A DNA stretch of 64,000 bases from Octopus vulgaris (lineage: Eukaryota). Under the pieces are notes generated by a model, which saw only the letters and a program-made list of their open reading frames with translations, was not told where the DNA came from and searched no databases. The translations under genes and the position numbers were made by a program. Shown here piece after piece: positions 35,854-48,800 of this stretch (positions are counted from its first letter, which is position 1; every line of letters starts with the position of its first letter). Where the stretch lies: the NCBI GenBank assembly GCA_951406725.2, contig OX597814.1:52452001-52516000 (forward strand), read 5' to 3'.

Positions 35854-38671
35854 GTTGTATTTCTGCTTTTCCCTAATCACATGAAATGGCTCCAATCTAG
35901 ATTCAAAACATGGTTGCAGATTTGATTCACAAAGAGTTCATTACTGCAGGATAATGTTAACCTATATTAGTGACTTTTGTTGTTTAGGTCAAAATCTTAT
36001 AAGAGCAAAGAGAAGAGATCATTCAGTGATCTTCAGCATATTACTGGTGCTTCAAATGAAATGTTAAATTGGTCTAATTGAAATTGATCTGGTGTTTAAC
36101 CAGGTACACTAACATATCTAACACTGTACCTGCATCAACTCAGTGTTTTAAATTCAAGTTCCATAATTCAGCATGGTAGCTTAGATATATATTACGAAGT
36201 TTAAATGTTTTAAAAAGATAAAGCAAGTATTGTTTTCAATCCATATCAGTATATTTGCTTGTACAATTTCTTACATTGGCACAAGCCCACAATTGTAGGG
36301 TTTTCCAATCTCAGTAAAGCAAAGACATAACTAAATACCACAAGGTATTTAGACTGATATTACCGTTCCAGCTAATCCTTAACACTTATAATAATAATAG
36401 TGACTGCTTTAATAGTTTATTTAGAAAAAAAAAAAATTGAGAATTTAGAGAAACTCAGTTCAGAGTAGGCTCTAACTCCAACATCTTCATTTTAATGCAA
36501 AGTTATATTTGCACTGCAATATTAAAAGGCAAGATGAATATCTGTCATTTGCTTTTCAACAGAACTGAGTATGATAAACAATGAGCTGTTTCACACTTTT
36601 TAAATTTATGTCTTCATATATCTCAGGTTAGGTAATGTAGCACAATGAATTGAATCATCAATGACATGGAAGTGCTACTAATAATCAATATAGCAAATTT
36701 AGTTCTCTGTACAAATATCAGAAACATGCATTGTATACATGGAGCCAGTTCTAGAGTATAGTGATTATACTTTTGTAAAAAAAAATTATATTTTCCTCTG
36801 AAACGATATTAAGTTTAACTGCACTAATTCAGTTATCTTCTTAATATCTGTCTAAAATTAAACCAGTATCATTGAGATGTGGTCACAAATGCAAGTTAGG
36901 AGGCTACAAAGAAGCTCCTCTTTAACATAAATATCAAGCATTTTACTGAAGCTGTAAAAGTGACCTGTAATTTAGAAGCCAGTTGCAGGAAAGTTATATG
37001 AAAAAAATTATATAGGTATATCTTTCATTATGAGTTAAAATAAAAGGATTTTGATACATTTTTTTCCCTATTTCAAATTCCAACAGGAGGATAAATACTG
37101 CATAGCATTTTGGCGCATAAATAAATCAATGAAGATATAATTTTAATAGATTTGAATAAATTATGTTATGTGTGTACAACATCAGCTTCATGATTCATCT
37201 ACAATGCTGATTTAGAATTTGTTTGTTCATAGGCAGAAGGTAAGAACCAAAATTTTATTCTTGCACTTGAATTCACAACTGACAGAACTTTTTTTAAAAG
37301 TTTTTTTTTTTTTAGGAATTTTACTTGAAATATTTGGAAAATTTCAACATTTGAAATACTTCTTACTATAATTGAAATACAGCATTTAACTTGTACAAAA
37401 TGTTATAATTCTCTTACAAAAGAATGTTTCTCATGCTTTTTATATAGTCTGTAGAAAGTCAAAATATTTTTTAAAAAATACTCACATATCATTTTGTAAG
37501 ATGTTTGAATCTTATTTTAGCTTAATGATACCAAGATCTAAAAACTAAGCTGGCAAGTATTACACTTAAATAACTTTATCAATATCAAATTGTCATTTAA
37601 ATAGTTTTCTTACAAATCTTTAAGGAAAAAAACAAAATAAAATTTAAAATAAAGCAACAAAATTTCAAAAACTGACAATTGCTTCGTGTAACAAGAAGAA
37701 AATTAACTAACAAAGTTGAGAAAAAAGTGCTCACTGGAATATGTTAACATGTGTTTCAAGTAAATACATAAAAAGAAGAAAAAAAGAGTATGAACCGAAG
37801 AAAGGCCATAATAAAGTAATATAATTATTACTGAATTATTCCCATTTTTCAGCTTGGAAAAAGTCAGAATTTAAGTACACAAATATTTTATCAAGTTTAC
37901 TTCAAGATAATATTTAATAAATTTCAGAGTACAGTGGCTAACTAATATATATGCTATTTTACAAAGACCACAAAGTGCAGTCAAGTCTATAGAACAGAAA
38001 CAGTTTTGGACTGAATATGAAATATTTTGCAACTTTTTCAGTTTATTTGTTGAGCTTTCTTAAATTTGGATCTCCAACTAGTTTACATTGCATTTTGACC
38101 ATTATCTTCAGATTCCATATCTTTCAGAAGTAGTACAATGCTCAGGACTGAACTTGCTACTATTTGGGATAAAGTATATACAAAAATAGGGACAAGGTTT
38201 AAAAAAAAAAAATCAATAAAATTGAGCAAATCCAATCCCAGATAGGGTACCAAAGCCTCTGGATTGTGTGTGTGTGTGTGTGTGTGTTTGAGTTTATGAC
38301 AATGAGATGATACAGTGTGGTAATTTGAATTAAATGTTACACCAATGTAGAAATAGACTATAACAAACTTTTTAAACAAGACCCCTCTTACTAAAGGACA
38401 GATTAACTCAGCGAGAAGATACTTTAAAGACTCATTTGGTTTTTGCAGTATGGTACAAAAATGTAAGATAAATGATAATGAAAATAATATTTGCGAATAA
38501 AAACAAACTATAATAAAGACAGAAGGTATGAATCCTCAACCCAGTATATTATTTTTTCCATCAACTATGGAGTAGTAGACTTTTGGTGGAATGAGTCAGA
38601 GCTAACTAAATATAATACATTTAGTCTGGTCTTGTTTCAGTCATCTTCACTGTAGTAATAATAATTTCAAA

Positions 38672-39080
38672 TTTTGGCACAAGGCCAGGAAGTTCAGGGG
38701 AGGGAATAAGTCGATTACATCAACCCCAGTGCTCAACTGGTACTTATTTTATCAACCCCGAAAGGATGAAAGGTGAAGTCGACCTTGGTGGAATTTGAAC
38801 TCAGAATGTAGAGGAGGATGAAATGTCACTAAGCATTTTCTCCAGAGTGGTAATGATTCTGCCAGCTTGCCACCTTAATAATAAAGCACAAGCCCTGTAA
38901 TTTTGAGAGGAGGGTGTCAGTTGATTACTCAACCCCAGTGCTTGACTGGTACTTTTACTGACCTCCGAAAAAATTGAAGCTAAGTGACCCTGATGGGATT
39001 TGAACTGAGAATGTAACGTGCTGAAACTAATACTGGAAGGCAATTTATCTGATACTAACAACTCTGCCAAATGGCCTCCT
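38672..39080 (-). mobile_element. Two tandem tRNA-derived SINEs (cctttcatcctttcggggt..ataaaataagtaccag core)
   Basis: Copies at 38672-38876 and ~38885-39080; B-box-like gagttcaaattcc on the minus strand; further copies at ~40600-41300 and 59568-59690. Confidence 0.8.
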
Positions 39081-42000
39081 GGTCATAATAATAATTTCTT
39101 ACTTAAATGTGAAAATTCAAATATTGGAGAAAGGGGAAATGCTATTTCATTAGGAACATGTTTCCATTCACAAACTGAAACTAAAATCTTATTGCTGCAC
39201 ATAGTACCCACCACTTCATTAGTTTTTACAATGACACAAGGTCACAGATTTTGAGGATCACACTGCAGTTGTTTCAATTGATTTCCATTTATTATGCAGG
39301 ATACTTATATTACCAACACTGGAGAGGGAAAAGGCAAAATTCATAGCTAGAGTTTGAAAAAGACAAAATATTGAAAGGTGTTTAGTAGTCTATCTCTCTA
39401 TTAATTCTGTTACTTCACTTGCAATTTTAGCCATCAAATAGGAATTCGAAATGTTCAGGAGTTTTCCAAAGACATTGATATTGTAAATAAATTAACTTAA
39501 TTTGGAAGTCAAAAGTGGGTCATGGATTGAACTTCCCAACAAAGGGTGAAAACTATACGAAAATTTAATTGAAAGAACTATTGAGTTTTCTCTCTCAACA
39601 GTGGAGATAATTTATTCTGATATATTACTCTATTTCAAGAATGAACTCCATGGGTATAGTTTGAAGAGGGATAGGCTGACACCAAATACATGTCAAAAAT
39701 TTCAGTGGTCCCCCAGAGATCTATTAAGTTATGGGACTGTTCACATTCTACTTTAAAGCCAGTAGCATTGATAAATAAATAGGTTTCTTTTAACCAGGCA
39801 CAAAAGGGCTAATTTTGTGAGAAAAGAAAATGCTAACTCAAAGATATTAGTAACTTAAGTCTCCGACAAATAAAAGCTTGAATCATCAGAGGCTAATTTT
39901 AATTCTAATTTGGTTGCCAAGACCAATCTTTTAGTGATGGCTTAGAATAATGCTGATTTCCCACCCATTACTGATAAAATGAATGTTTCTTTCTTAAATT
40001 AAATTAGTGTAGGTGACAAATATTGACTGGATCAACTGATGCCTATTTTGATCACCAATACTCACTTAAAGAAGGACGAATATGATCTTCATAAGGTATT
40101 ACCATGGAATAGTAGAGGATAATAAAACATTTTTACTCTGTTCTAATGCTTTGATGAAAATGAACGCCTGTGAAAAAATCTAAATGCTATGGATTCATTA
40201 ACAAACTATTTAAAAAAGCTTTAAAGAAATTAAAATAAAATTGTATTAATATTAATTTCTAAACAGGGATTTACAAAAATAAGTTACATTTTTCCTTTTT
40301 TCAAATCTGTCATGTGTACTGGAGCCCTGTATACAATAAATTCATTATTATTATACAACTAGAACCATATTTTGTGCGTAACTAAGGGACACAACTGTCT
40401 TGACGTTTAACTAACAATGATTAGCAACAAGGGAAACCTTAGAAGGTCGCTGCACTAGTATAACAAAATTACTGACCTCCAGAAATTATTAGACAATCTA
40501 GATATCATTTAATAGCTTCAGTTGTTCCAATAAGCCCATTCACAAATTAGTACCAGGTCATTAATGTAAGTAGGTTAAACAGTCATTGCCTTCAATCCCA
40601 GGCAGAATGGAGTGCTGAATTAAATACCTTGAAGTACTTGATTAAATTCAGAATATATATATTCTGTGTTCAAATTCTGTTGAGGACTCATTCATTGATC
40701 ATTATGAGTTAATGAAATATGATTGTGGTGGCAGTCAATTTTCTGATCAAACCAAGTAAACTACTTTTCAAATTGTTTATACTAATCTGTCAGTCATAAC
40801 TCCTGATAGTAGTGCCAGGGCAGAATTTGAAATCAGAATGAATACTCAGAACTGGAACAGATATTAGTGGAATTGTTAGAATGGCTGGCATTCTAACAAT
40901 TCCACCCATCATCAATCCATCACTCTAGACAGTACATTTTATATTGATCCCAAAAGAATGAAAGGCAAAGATGATCTCAGCAGAATTTGTAGTACAGAGT
41001 GAGAACAAATACCACAAGGCTTCTATCCAACACTTAATGACTGCCAATTTGCTACTGTTTAAGAAATATGTACCTTTCAATGTAGGGGTTGATCCAGTTG
41101 ATTATATCTTACCTCTCAAATCTAAGGTTTTGCACTACAATTAAAAATCATTATCATTAATGGCAGTGCTAGACTAAATGCTTTTCAATGTTTTTGTTTC
41201 ATTTTTGAGCCTTCTTCTCAGTTCTAATCCTGCAGGAGTCAACTTTTACTTCTCAAAAGTTGATCAAAGAAGTATCAGTCATGTGGGGGGAATTTATTCA
41301 GTCAACTAACACTCCGCCTCCCTACAAATCTATAATGAAAGAAATTATTATAGTTTAAAGAGAGGGGCCATGATAAAACTAAGATAGTTTTGGTTAAGTA
41401 TCAAACCAAGTTGTCCCTGGTTATAATTACATTATCCTTAACAATAATTAAGAAAAAAAAATTAAAACCTCTATTTGTAAATAATACCAGTTGTTTAAAG
41501 TATAATAATTTTTTAATGTAACAACTTTTTAATGTAAACATCACGAAGAGAGAGTTAATGAAGCAAGTTATTAGAGTACTGCACTAACACCCATTGTTAA
41601 TATTCTTAATCCAGTAAGCTTCACTGTGCTGTATCCATAAAAACCTGAATAGGTTTTATTGAAAAGTAAAATTCACTGCTCTTATCTAAATCACTTATAT
41701 TGCAGTGATTTAAATCTAACCATGAACAACACACATGGACTAGCAACCAAATCCAAGAGAAAGAGAAGAGAAGACTCAGATAGTTAAATGAGTCTAAGAT
41801 TAGGATGTGGTTCAACATATTACAATAACAATAAATAGTAAATAAAAAAAAAATTAAGAAAATTCTTTAAAAAATGGTTTTATTTGAGAAAATAGAATTT
41901 AGGAACATTTCAAATGTACAGTGAAATCAATGAAATGAAAGTTCTGTTTTTCCCAAATGAATTTCACTGTTGAAATGATAAACTGTAGAGATTACACATA

Positions 42001-45000
42001 GTTACGTCAATTGCTTAAATTTAAGGTGAAAGTTTTTGAAGGGAATATTTCATTAATTTTCTCTAAAGAACAAGCAAAATAAACTAGTTGCAAAAATAAC
42101 AGAATAATGATTGATCTTTGATATTTGACTGGAATAATTAATTAGGGAAGAAATGCCTGTGCAACATTACAATGATGATGAGTAGAGTACTTGTGCACAG
42201 AATCAACTTTCCTGCTTCTTGACAAGCAGTAGATTGGCACTCAGACCTAAAATATATAGAGATGGGTGGGAAATAATGTGGCAATCAGGCAATGTAAATG
42301 AAGTGAAATTGCTTCAACTAGGAAATATAACTAGGTTATAGACTTGCTTCTACTTGAAGCTTACCATTACTCACAAATGATAACTTTTTTTCAAATGACA
42401 AAATCTTGTTATGATTTAATCTTAGAATCAATAATGAAAAAGTTTGCAGATTATTAACATCAATTATGTGGGCATATTCAGAAGTATCCTAGTATGAATG
42501 ATGAGGCAACTATATGATCCTGAAGCCAATGATCCAAACCAAACTAATCCACCCTCATCATCAAACATCCAGTTTTCAATCATCCTAAGCATGCAGATGC
42601 AGAACCTTATGAGGGAATCTAATATTGTCACCAGTACATATAAGATATAATCAATGATGATTATAACATAAGCACATGGTAACTCATTTGTAGAGAAGAG
42701 GTATAGTTGATTGAATTGACCAAGTATATATTTGGTGGTTATTTTATAAGCAAAGGTGAAACTATAAAGAAAGATAGACTATTATTCAGAATTGATGGTG
42801 ACTGCAAGTATGTGACTAACTTTTTGGAGTTACACTAAAATGAATTAAAACAATTCCATAATACCTCCTACCCACTATTTTATTTTTGCTTCTTTGAATT
42901 TTCAACAAAAACATGAGTAAACAATAATTTTTCATCAGAGTAAAAAAAACCAACAAACAACAACAAAATAACCTCCCTAGTTTAAATCCTGAAACAGTAT
43001 TAAAATTTTAAGCAGAAATGATTTCATCATATTTTATATGAATAACTTGGAGTTCTGGAAATGTGTATAGAAACTTCAGACTATAACTTCTAATGCTAAT
43101 TGATATGTCACAAATGAAAAATATCTAGCTTCTTATAAACAGATTTTTTTTTTACAGTTTTAAGTTTAAAATAGCTATATCAAAAGTACATGAATACTTA
43201 AGTAAAAGTAATATCTCATGTATTTTCTAATATTAATTCTTTCATATGATTTTAACTAATTAGGGTTATTTACTGTAAGTAAATCATCAATTTGAAGCAT
43301 ATTACAATTTATTATAAATGTTTATAAACTTTTATATGTATTAACAATTGAACTAAATTGCTATCTATTACCACATGAAATTAAACAATGAAACAGCAGC
43401 ATCTAGCAAATCTATATTGCTTTGAACATATACCATAGTAAGATATTTTATTTTAATGATGTTCTAATTCTATTCCATGAAAGTATTTTGCTGTTATTGA
43501 AATATAAGATATATATATATATATATATATATATAAATGATATAAAAATTTCTATCAAGTCCACCATACTTGCTATCACAGCAAATATGAATGATTCCTA
43601 AAAATAACTGTTATCTGAACCTAAAGAAGACAATGTGGAAAATCAGAAACCTATTTCAAAACCCAACAACATTTTATCAAATAAATAATTATTGTTGGAA
43701 AGTAGATGATGGTTTGTTCTTTCAGAGAACATATAATTAAGATAACTAACTGAATCCACATACCTCTGTAATAATAGATTCAGTTTGGAAGCAGTTTACA
43801 TTTTTGACTTTAATGCAAATACAAATATCTATAGTTTTAAATAGATTTTACTGGAGAATATATAAAACACAAGTAAACAATCTACAACTTCACCTGTTAA
43901 TGCTTGATGTATGTTGTTTGTGAAAGATAGAAAGAGAGAGAAATGTGCTTGAAGCTGCAGGATCCAAAAGAGCCTTTACTACAATCTTCCTTCCCTTCAT
44001 CACTAAAAAGACAATTTTGTGTGTGTGTGTTGGGGTAGTGTGCATGCCTAGTCAGTAGAGAAGCAGAATAGCTTTAAGATATTAAAAGTGTCACTGATAT
44101 GTCAACGGTGAATTCAAATCTTCTCAAAACTTAAAATTTGTATTCAAGCTGAAGAAACCACTAAAATAATGAAATCTTTATATAGAAAATTGCTTTTACA
44201 ATATATTATTTACAGAAAAAATACACTTAATAATCTAAGGGTACAGTTTTTAAAAATTAAAATGTTTCTTTAAATTTCCTCTGCAAATTTGGTATTTTTT
44301 GTTCTCTAATGGTCCAAAAAGTTCATATATGAATAAATTACGGACTATTTACTTGTCTAGTGAACATCCAAAATGTTCCACATTTTGGTAGCATTTAGTT
44401 TGTTTGCTTTCATACTTACTCTACAAGATGAAACTTTTGTTTAGGCATATGTATTGATCTGCTCAGGTTTATATAAAATTAAATTTGTGATCAAATACTT
44501 TACAGAAATAAAAATTACCTTAAAGAAAGAAAATAGAAGAAAAAAAATATCATTGTATTTCATCCATACTATTGGGTTTACTTTTTCATGAGTGAGAAAG
44601 ATATTGATTTCTTGAACTTAAAAAAAAAAACCTTCCAACATATATGTTGATATGGGATAAAAAAAGTTTAGAATAAATGCCAGTGGATGAGAAACATGAG
44701 AATGAATTAAATTTTGATGAAGGGTGGGCAAATGGGCTTTTTTTTCCTTTCACAAGCAGACATGTTATAAATATACACAGCCAAATATTCTGGAAACATC
44801 TGAAGCCTAAAATGCTCTTCCAGAAAAAAAAGTAGAATTTAGACAGAGGCAAATGTGAATTATATAGCAACCTTAACTGGGTGTCATTTCTTTCTGCTTG
44901 CTTTCTTTTTTTTTTCACATATTTAATAAAAATAAAAGGAAGGAAAAACATAAGTTATTCTTTGGTTATTTCATACATCTTCTTAAACTTGGAAAATAAA

Positions 45001-45665
45001 TGGAAATGAATTTGAGAATGATGGTGAAAAGTGCAATATTCCAAGCAGAGAAATCATGAGAAAAGGAAGGTAGAAAAACTAGAATAAAACAAAGGATAAA
45101 TAAATTTAGATCAATGATTTCACCTTTCATAAATAGAAAATATGTTCTGATTAGAAATTTATGCATTCCAGAATAAAGGAAGTAAAAAAGATAACTTAGT
45201 AGTAGTAGTTATGGTAAGAGGGGATTAAAATCTGAAATAAATAAATTGTAAAAAAACAAAGTTGAAGTTGTCTAAATATATTTTTTTTAAATGAAGCCTA
45301 ATAAATAAATACTGTACAAATAAAATGTGATTACATACACATCTACATGCTGCGCAGCCATTCATCAACAAGTGTATCTTCCTGCCATTTAGTGAAGCTT
45401 CTCAAACACCACACCCACACGATTTCGATACACTGGTGGTGCTGGTAAAAGGAATGGCCCTAGAAGTGAGAAACAACTAAGTGTCATCTTCAATGACAGG
45501 TAACACCAAGGCCCTTTTATTCTTCTTTGCTCTTTCATTCCTTCTTGTCATTTGTTTGTTGGTTGTTTTCCTCTTTTTTTCCTTTAATTGCTCTTTTTCA
45601 TTAATAGGGAAAAAATATAAATAAATAAAAAAACAAAATAAAGCCAATAAAGGCTTCAATTAGTG

Positions 45666-45857
45666 CTACCAGAGATGGGGTTCATGCTGTGGCATTCGCA
45701 CCACACCGACACCACCACCAAGACGACGGTAGTTCATGCTTCCACATAGTCGCCAACAGTTCTGTTCAGGGTCATAAAGTTCAATGGTTTTTAAATATGT
45801 TGTGCCGTCAAACCCTCCAATAGCCATTAACTGACCATTCACAACTGCCAAGCCCAC
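45666..45857 (-). CDS. KLHL20: KLHL20 coding exon 8 (last)
   Basis: ttccag|[26 protein letters not shown]...[20 protein letters not shown]. Confidence 0.93.
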   Translation of the reverse strand: MGLAVVNGQLMAIGGFDGTTYLKTIELYDPEQNCWRLCGSMNYRRLGGGVGVVRMPQHEPHLW

Positions 45858-48800
45858 CTGGAAAAAGAAAAAACGATAACTACAATAAAAACAAATTCTA
45901 CTGATTTAAAAAATTTTTACTAACATCCAATTTTTTCATGGGAGGATATCTGAATATGAATTTTTTTCTTTAATACAGCAACATAGTTACTTCCTACTTT
46001 CAAATACTTATATATTGAAGTGTGAAAGTGCCTAGCTTATAGCTATATTAACTGATTTCCCAGAGGCACAATGAAACAAAGTTTCAATTCTGAGAATAAA
46101 GTGATAGACTGGTCAGTAAAAGACAATCCTAATTAATAGGAGATACAGAACAAAGTGTTGTTTTGTTAATTAATGCACTGATAAATAGAATTGATAACTG
46201 AGAACACAAATATGAGAAAGAAGACACAAAAAAGAAAGCAGATTTATGGTGAAGTCTGGTCAAATTGAAAAGACGCATTCAGAAATGACAAAGAAGCATA
46301 GCTAAAAAGAAAAATTATGTTCTGAGTAAACTTTTCTAGACCAGAGTTATTGCCTTTTGGAAGCTGAAAGTCATTAAGAACAAAACTTCTAGGAGATATC
46401 AATGTAGCAATTGTCTCTGTTGAGTTATATGTATAACTTAATGTTTTAAGGAAACAGAGGACACCATATAAGTTATGGCTTTAAATATGTAAAAGTCTGA
46501 GAGATAGTCATGAGGCAAAGAAGAATTCATTGATGCAGTCTTGAAAGATAACTGGATGTAATCAGGATAAATTTACCAAGAACCATATTCAAGGAATAGA
46601 ATTTTGGTTAAATAGAATACAAGGTAAATGTATGACAGAAGAGACAATTGGGTATAGATTGATGGATTTAAATTAAATATATAATTTGAATTTAAGACAA
46701 AATCATATTTAAACTATAAATATATTGAGTTTCAATAAAATCAAAAATAGAAAATTTACAACACTTACACCACTGCGTCGTGAGGTCATAGCTACAACTG
46801 GTTGCCATGTGTTTGTTTGAGGGTTATACCGTTCTGTACTACTTAACTCTGTTGTATCATCTCGACCACCAACAGCATATATCATGTTGTTATATACAGC
46901 AACACCGAGATGTTTTCGTCTGGTTCCCATTGGCGACACTGGATTCCAGCGATTAGTTCTTGGATCATAGCGTTCAACTAGATTGTTTGGAGAGGGGAAA
47001 AAAATTAAGAAAATTGTTAAAATCATTTTCCTAATGAATAAACTTATCACTGCTGCTGTTACATAATCATATATATCATTTCTTGTATCTTACTATAACT
47101 CTTCTATCAAGTCAAATTTAGTTATTCCAATTCAGAGTTGTATTATTCAAAACCAGCTATTAATAAATGTCAATGTAAAGTGTAAATAATCTAAGGTAGA
47201 AGTTAAATTAGGTTTTAATTCATTAAAAAGTCTCACTGACATCTATTGGCAGAGCTGTAGAGATAATAGTTTAAGAGATGATTTGCAGCAGTATTAGCAA
47301 GTAGTAATTAAAGAACCTCTCCAAGTTTTGAAAACCATTTCTGTTATTATAATGTAGCATTATTTACATAAAATTATTACCTGCTTTTCATATAAATATA
47401 TAGTTATGTACATATATTAGAATATCAGAAAATTTCAGTATTTTTAAGTCTAATCATTTAATACAAAATACTCAAGTAGATCTGTATCTTTCAACAGGTC
47501 TGTTAACCCTTATTGAGTGGGAATCAAGTATACTCTGTTCTGTGCATGTTCACTTGAGACATGGGAACTAAGTTAACTCATTTTTTATAGTGGAGCACTT
47601 TCCAGAAATCTCAACATTTCTATATGACATAGTACACATGTTTCATTTAACAAATTAATTCAGTATTTGCATGTAAGTATGCAAAAATTTAATCAGTGTT
47701 TTGAAGGTTAATGCAAGTAAGACGATGTGGCACAAAGTTTATAGACAGTTCATTAGTTTGTAATGCTTAATCAGGTTTCAGTGTAACTGTTTCATCAGAT
47801 GTGCAAGTGAAAGAGATTTTCAGGAATATCAATATTTCCAGTTGGAGCATGGGACATGTCATTATGGATTGGTACAGTATTCTTTTTAACCACTGGGTAA
47901 ACAAATGTGAGTATTTCATAGTTCAACTTCTCTGATTAAAGGGTCATCCTCATGAATTTATCTCCTAAACAGAACCTTTCTGGGCATGGAAAATCAGGTT
48001 AATATGCTCATTTCTTCAGCTATTTATCAAAGAAAAGTTAAGAAACGTTCATGAGGTGTTGAGTTTGTCTTTGTACACAATAGTGATTACAGTGAATGCA
48101 AAGTGTCCAAAAAAACAGATTCTCATGTGACTAAAGGTAGATTTTTTTTATTCTAAAGCTATTGTCATGGTTTTCCAAATTATGTCAACAGAACCCTGAT
48201 ACTGTCCAAGATAACCAAGTCAAACAAGAAATAATGACTGAACTGATGAAGAAATGTTGCAACAAAGGAACCAAAATAGAAAATGAAAATAGTTGATAAA
48301 TATTGATAATTTGACAAAATAGTGTCACATATATTTTAGTGTGATCATACTGCAGAAAATATGAGCACAGCCACACCAGACTATGGAAAAATTCCACATA
48401 TTTAAACTACCACATAAATGCATATAATGAAATACTCATAATGAAGCGCACAGTATGGTCCTTAACTCAGTGAAGGCATAGTACTTATAAATACTGGATC
48501 CTGTCAGTTAACTCGCTAATCTATGTACCACAAATCTACTTGATTAGGGTTGACTGGAACTACAACAACAACAACAATGTTTACTTCAACTCCCAGTCAC
48601 TAAAACGAAAAAAAAAAGTATAATAGGAGCAAAAACAATGTGTAGAAAACGAATATGAAAACAAAAATTTGCACAAACGAACAATGGGTGGCTCTGGAAA
48701 ATTTACACAATCTGATTTTTCCTTCATAACTTTCAGGGAAATGGAACATATTTATGAAATTTTATAGAAATACCTTCCAAATGGCATAGATTACAATTAT

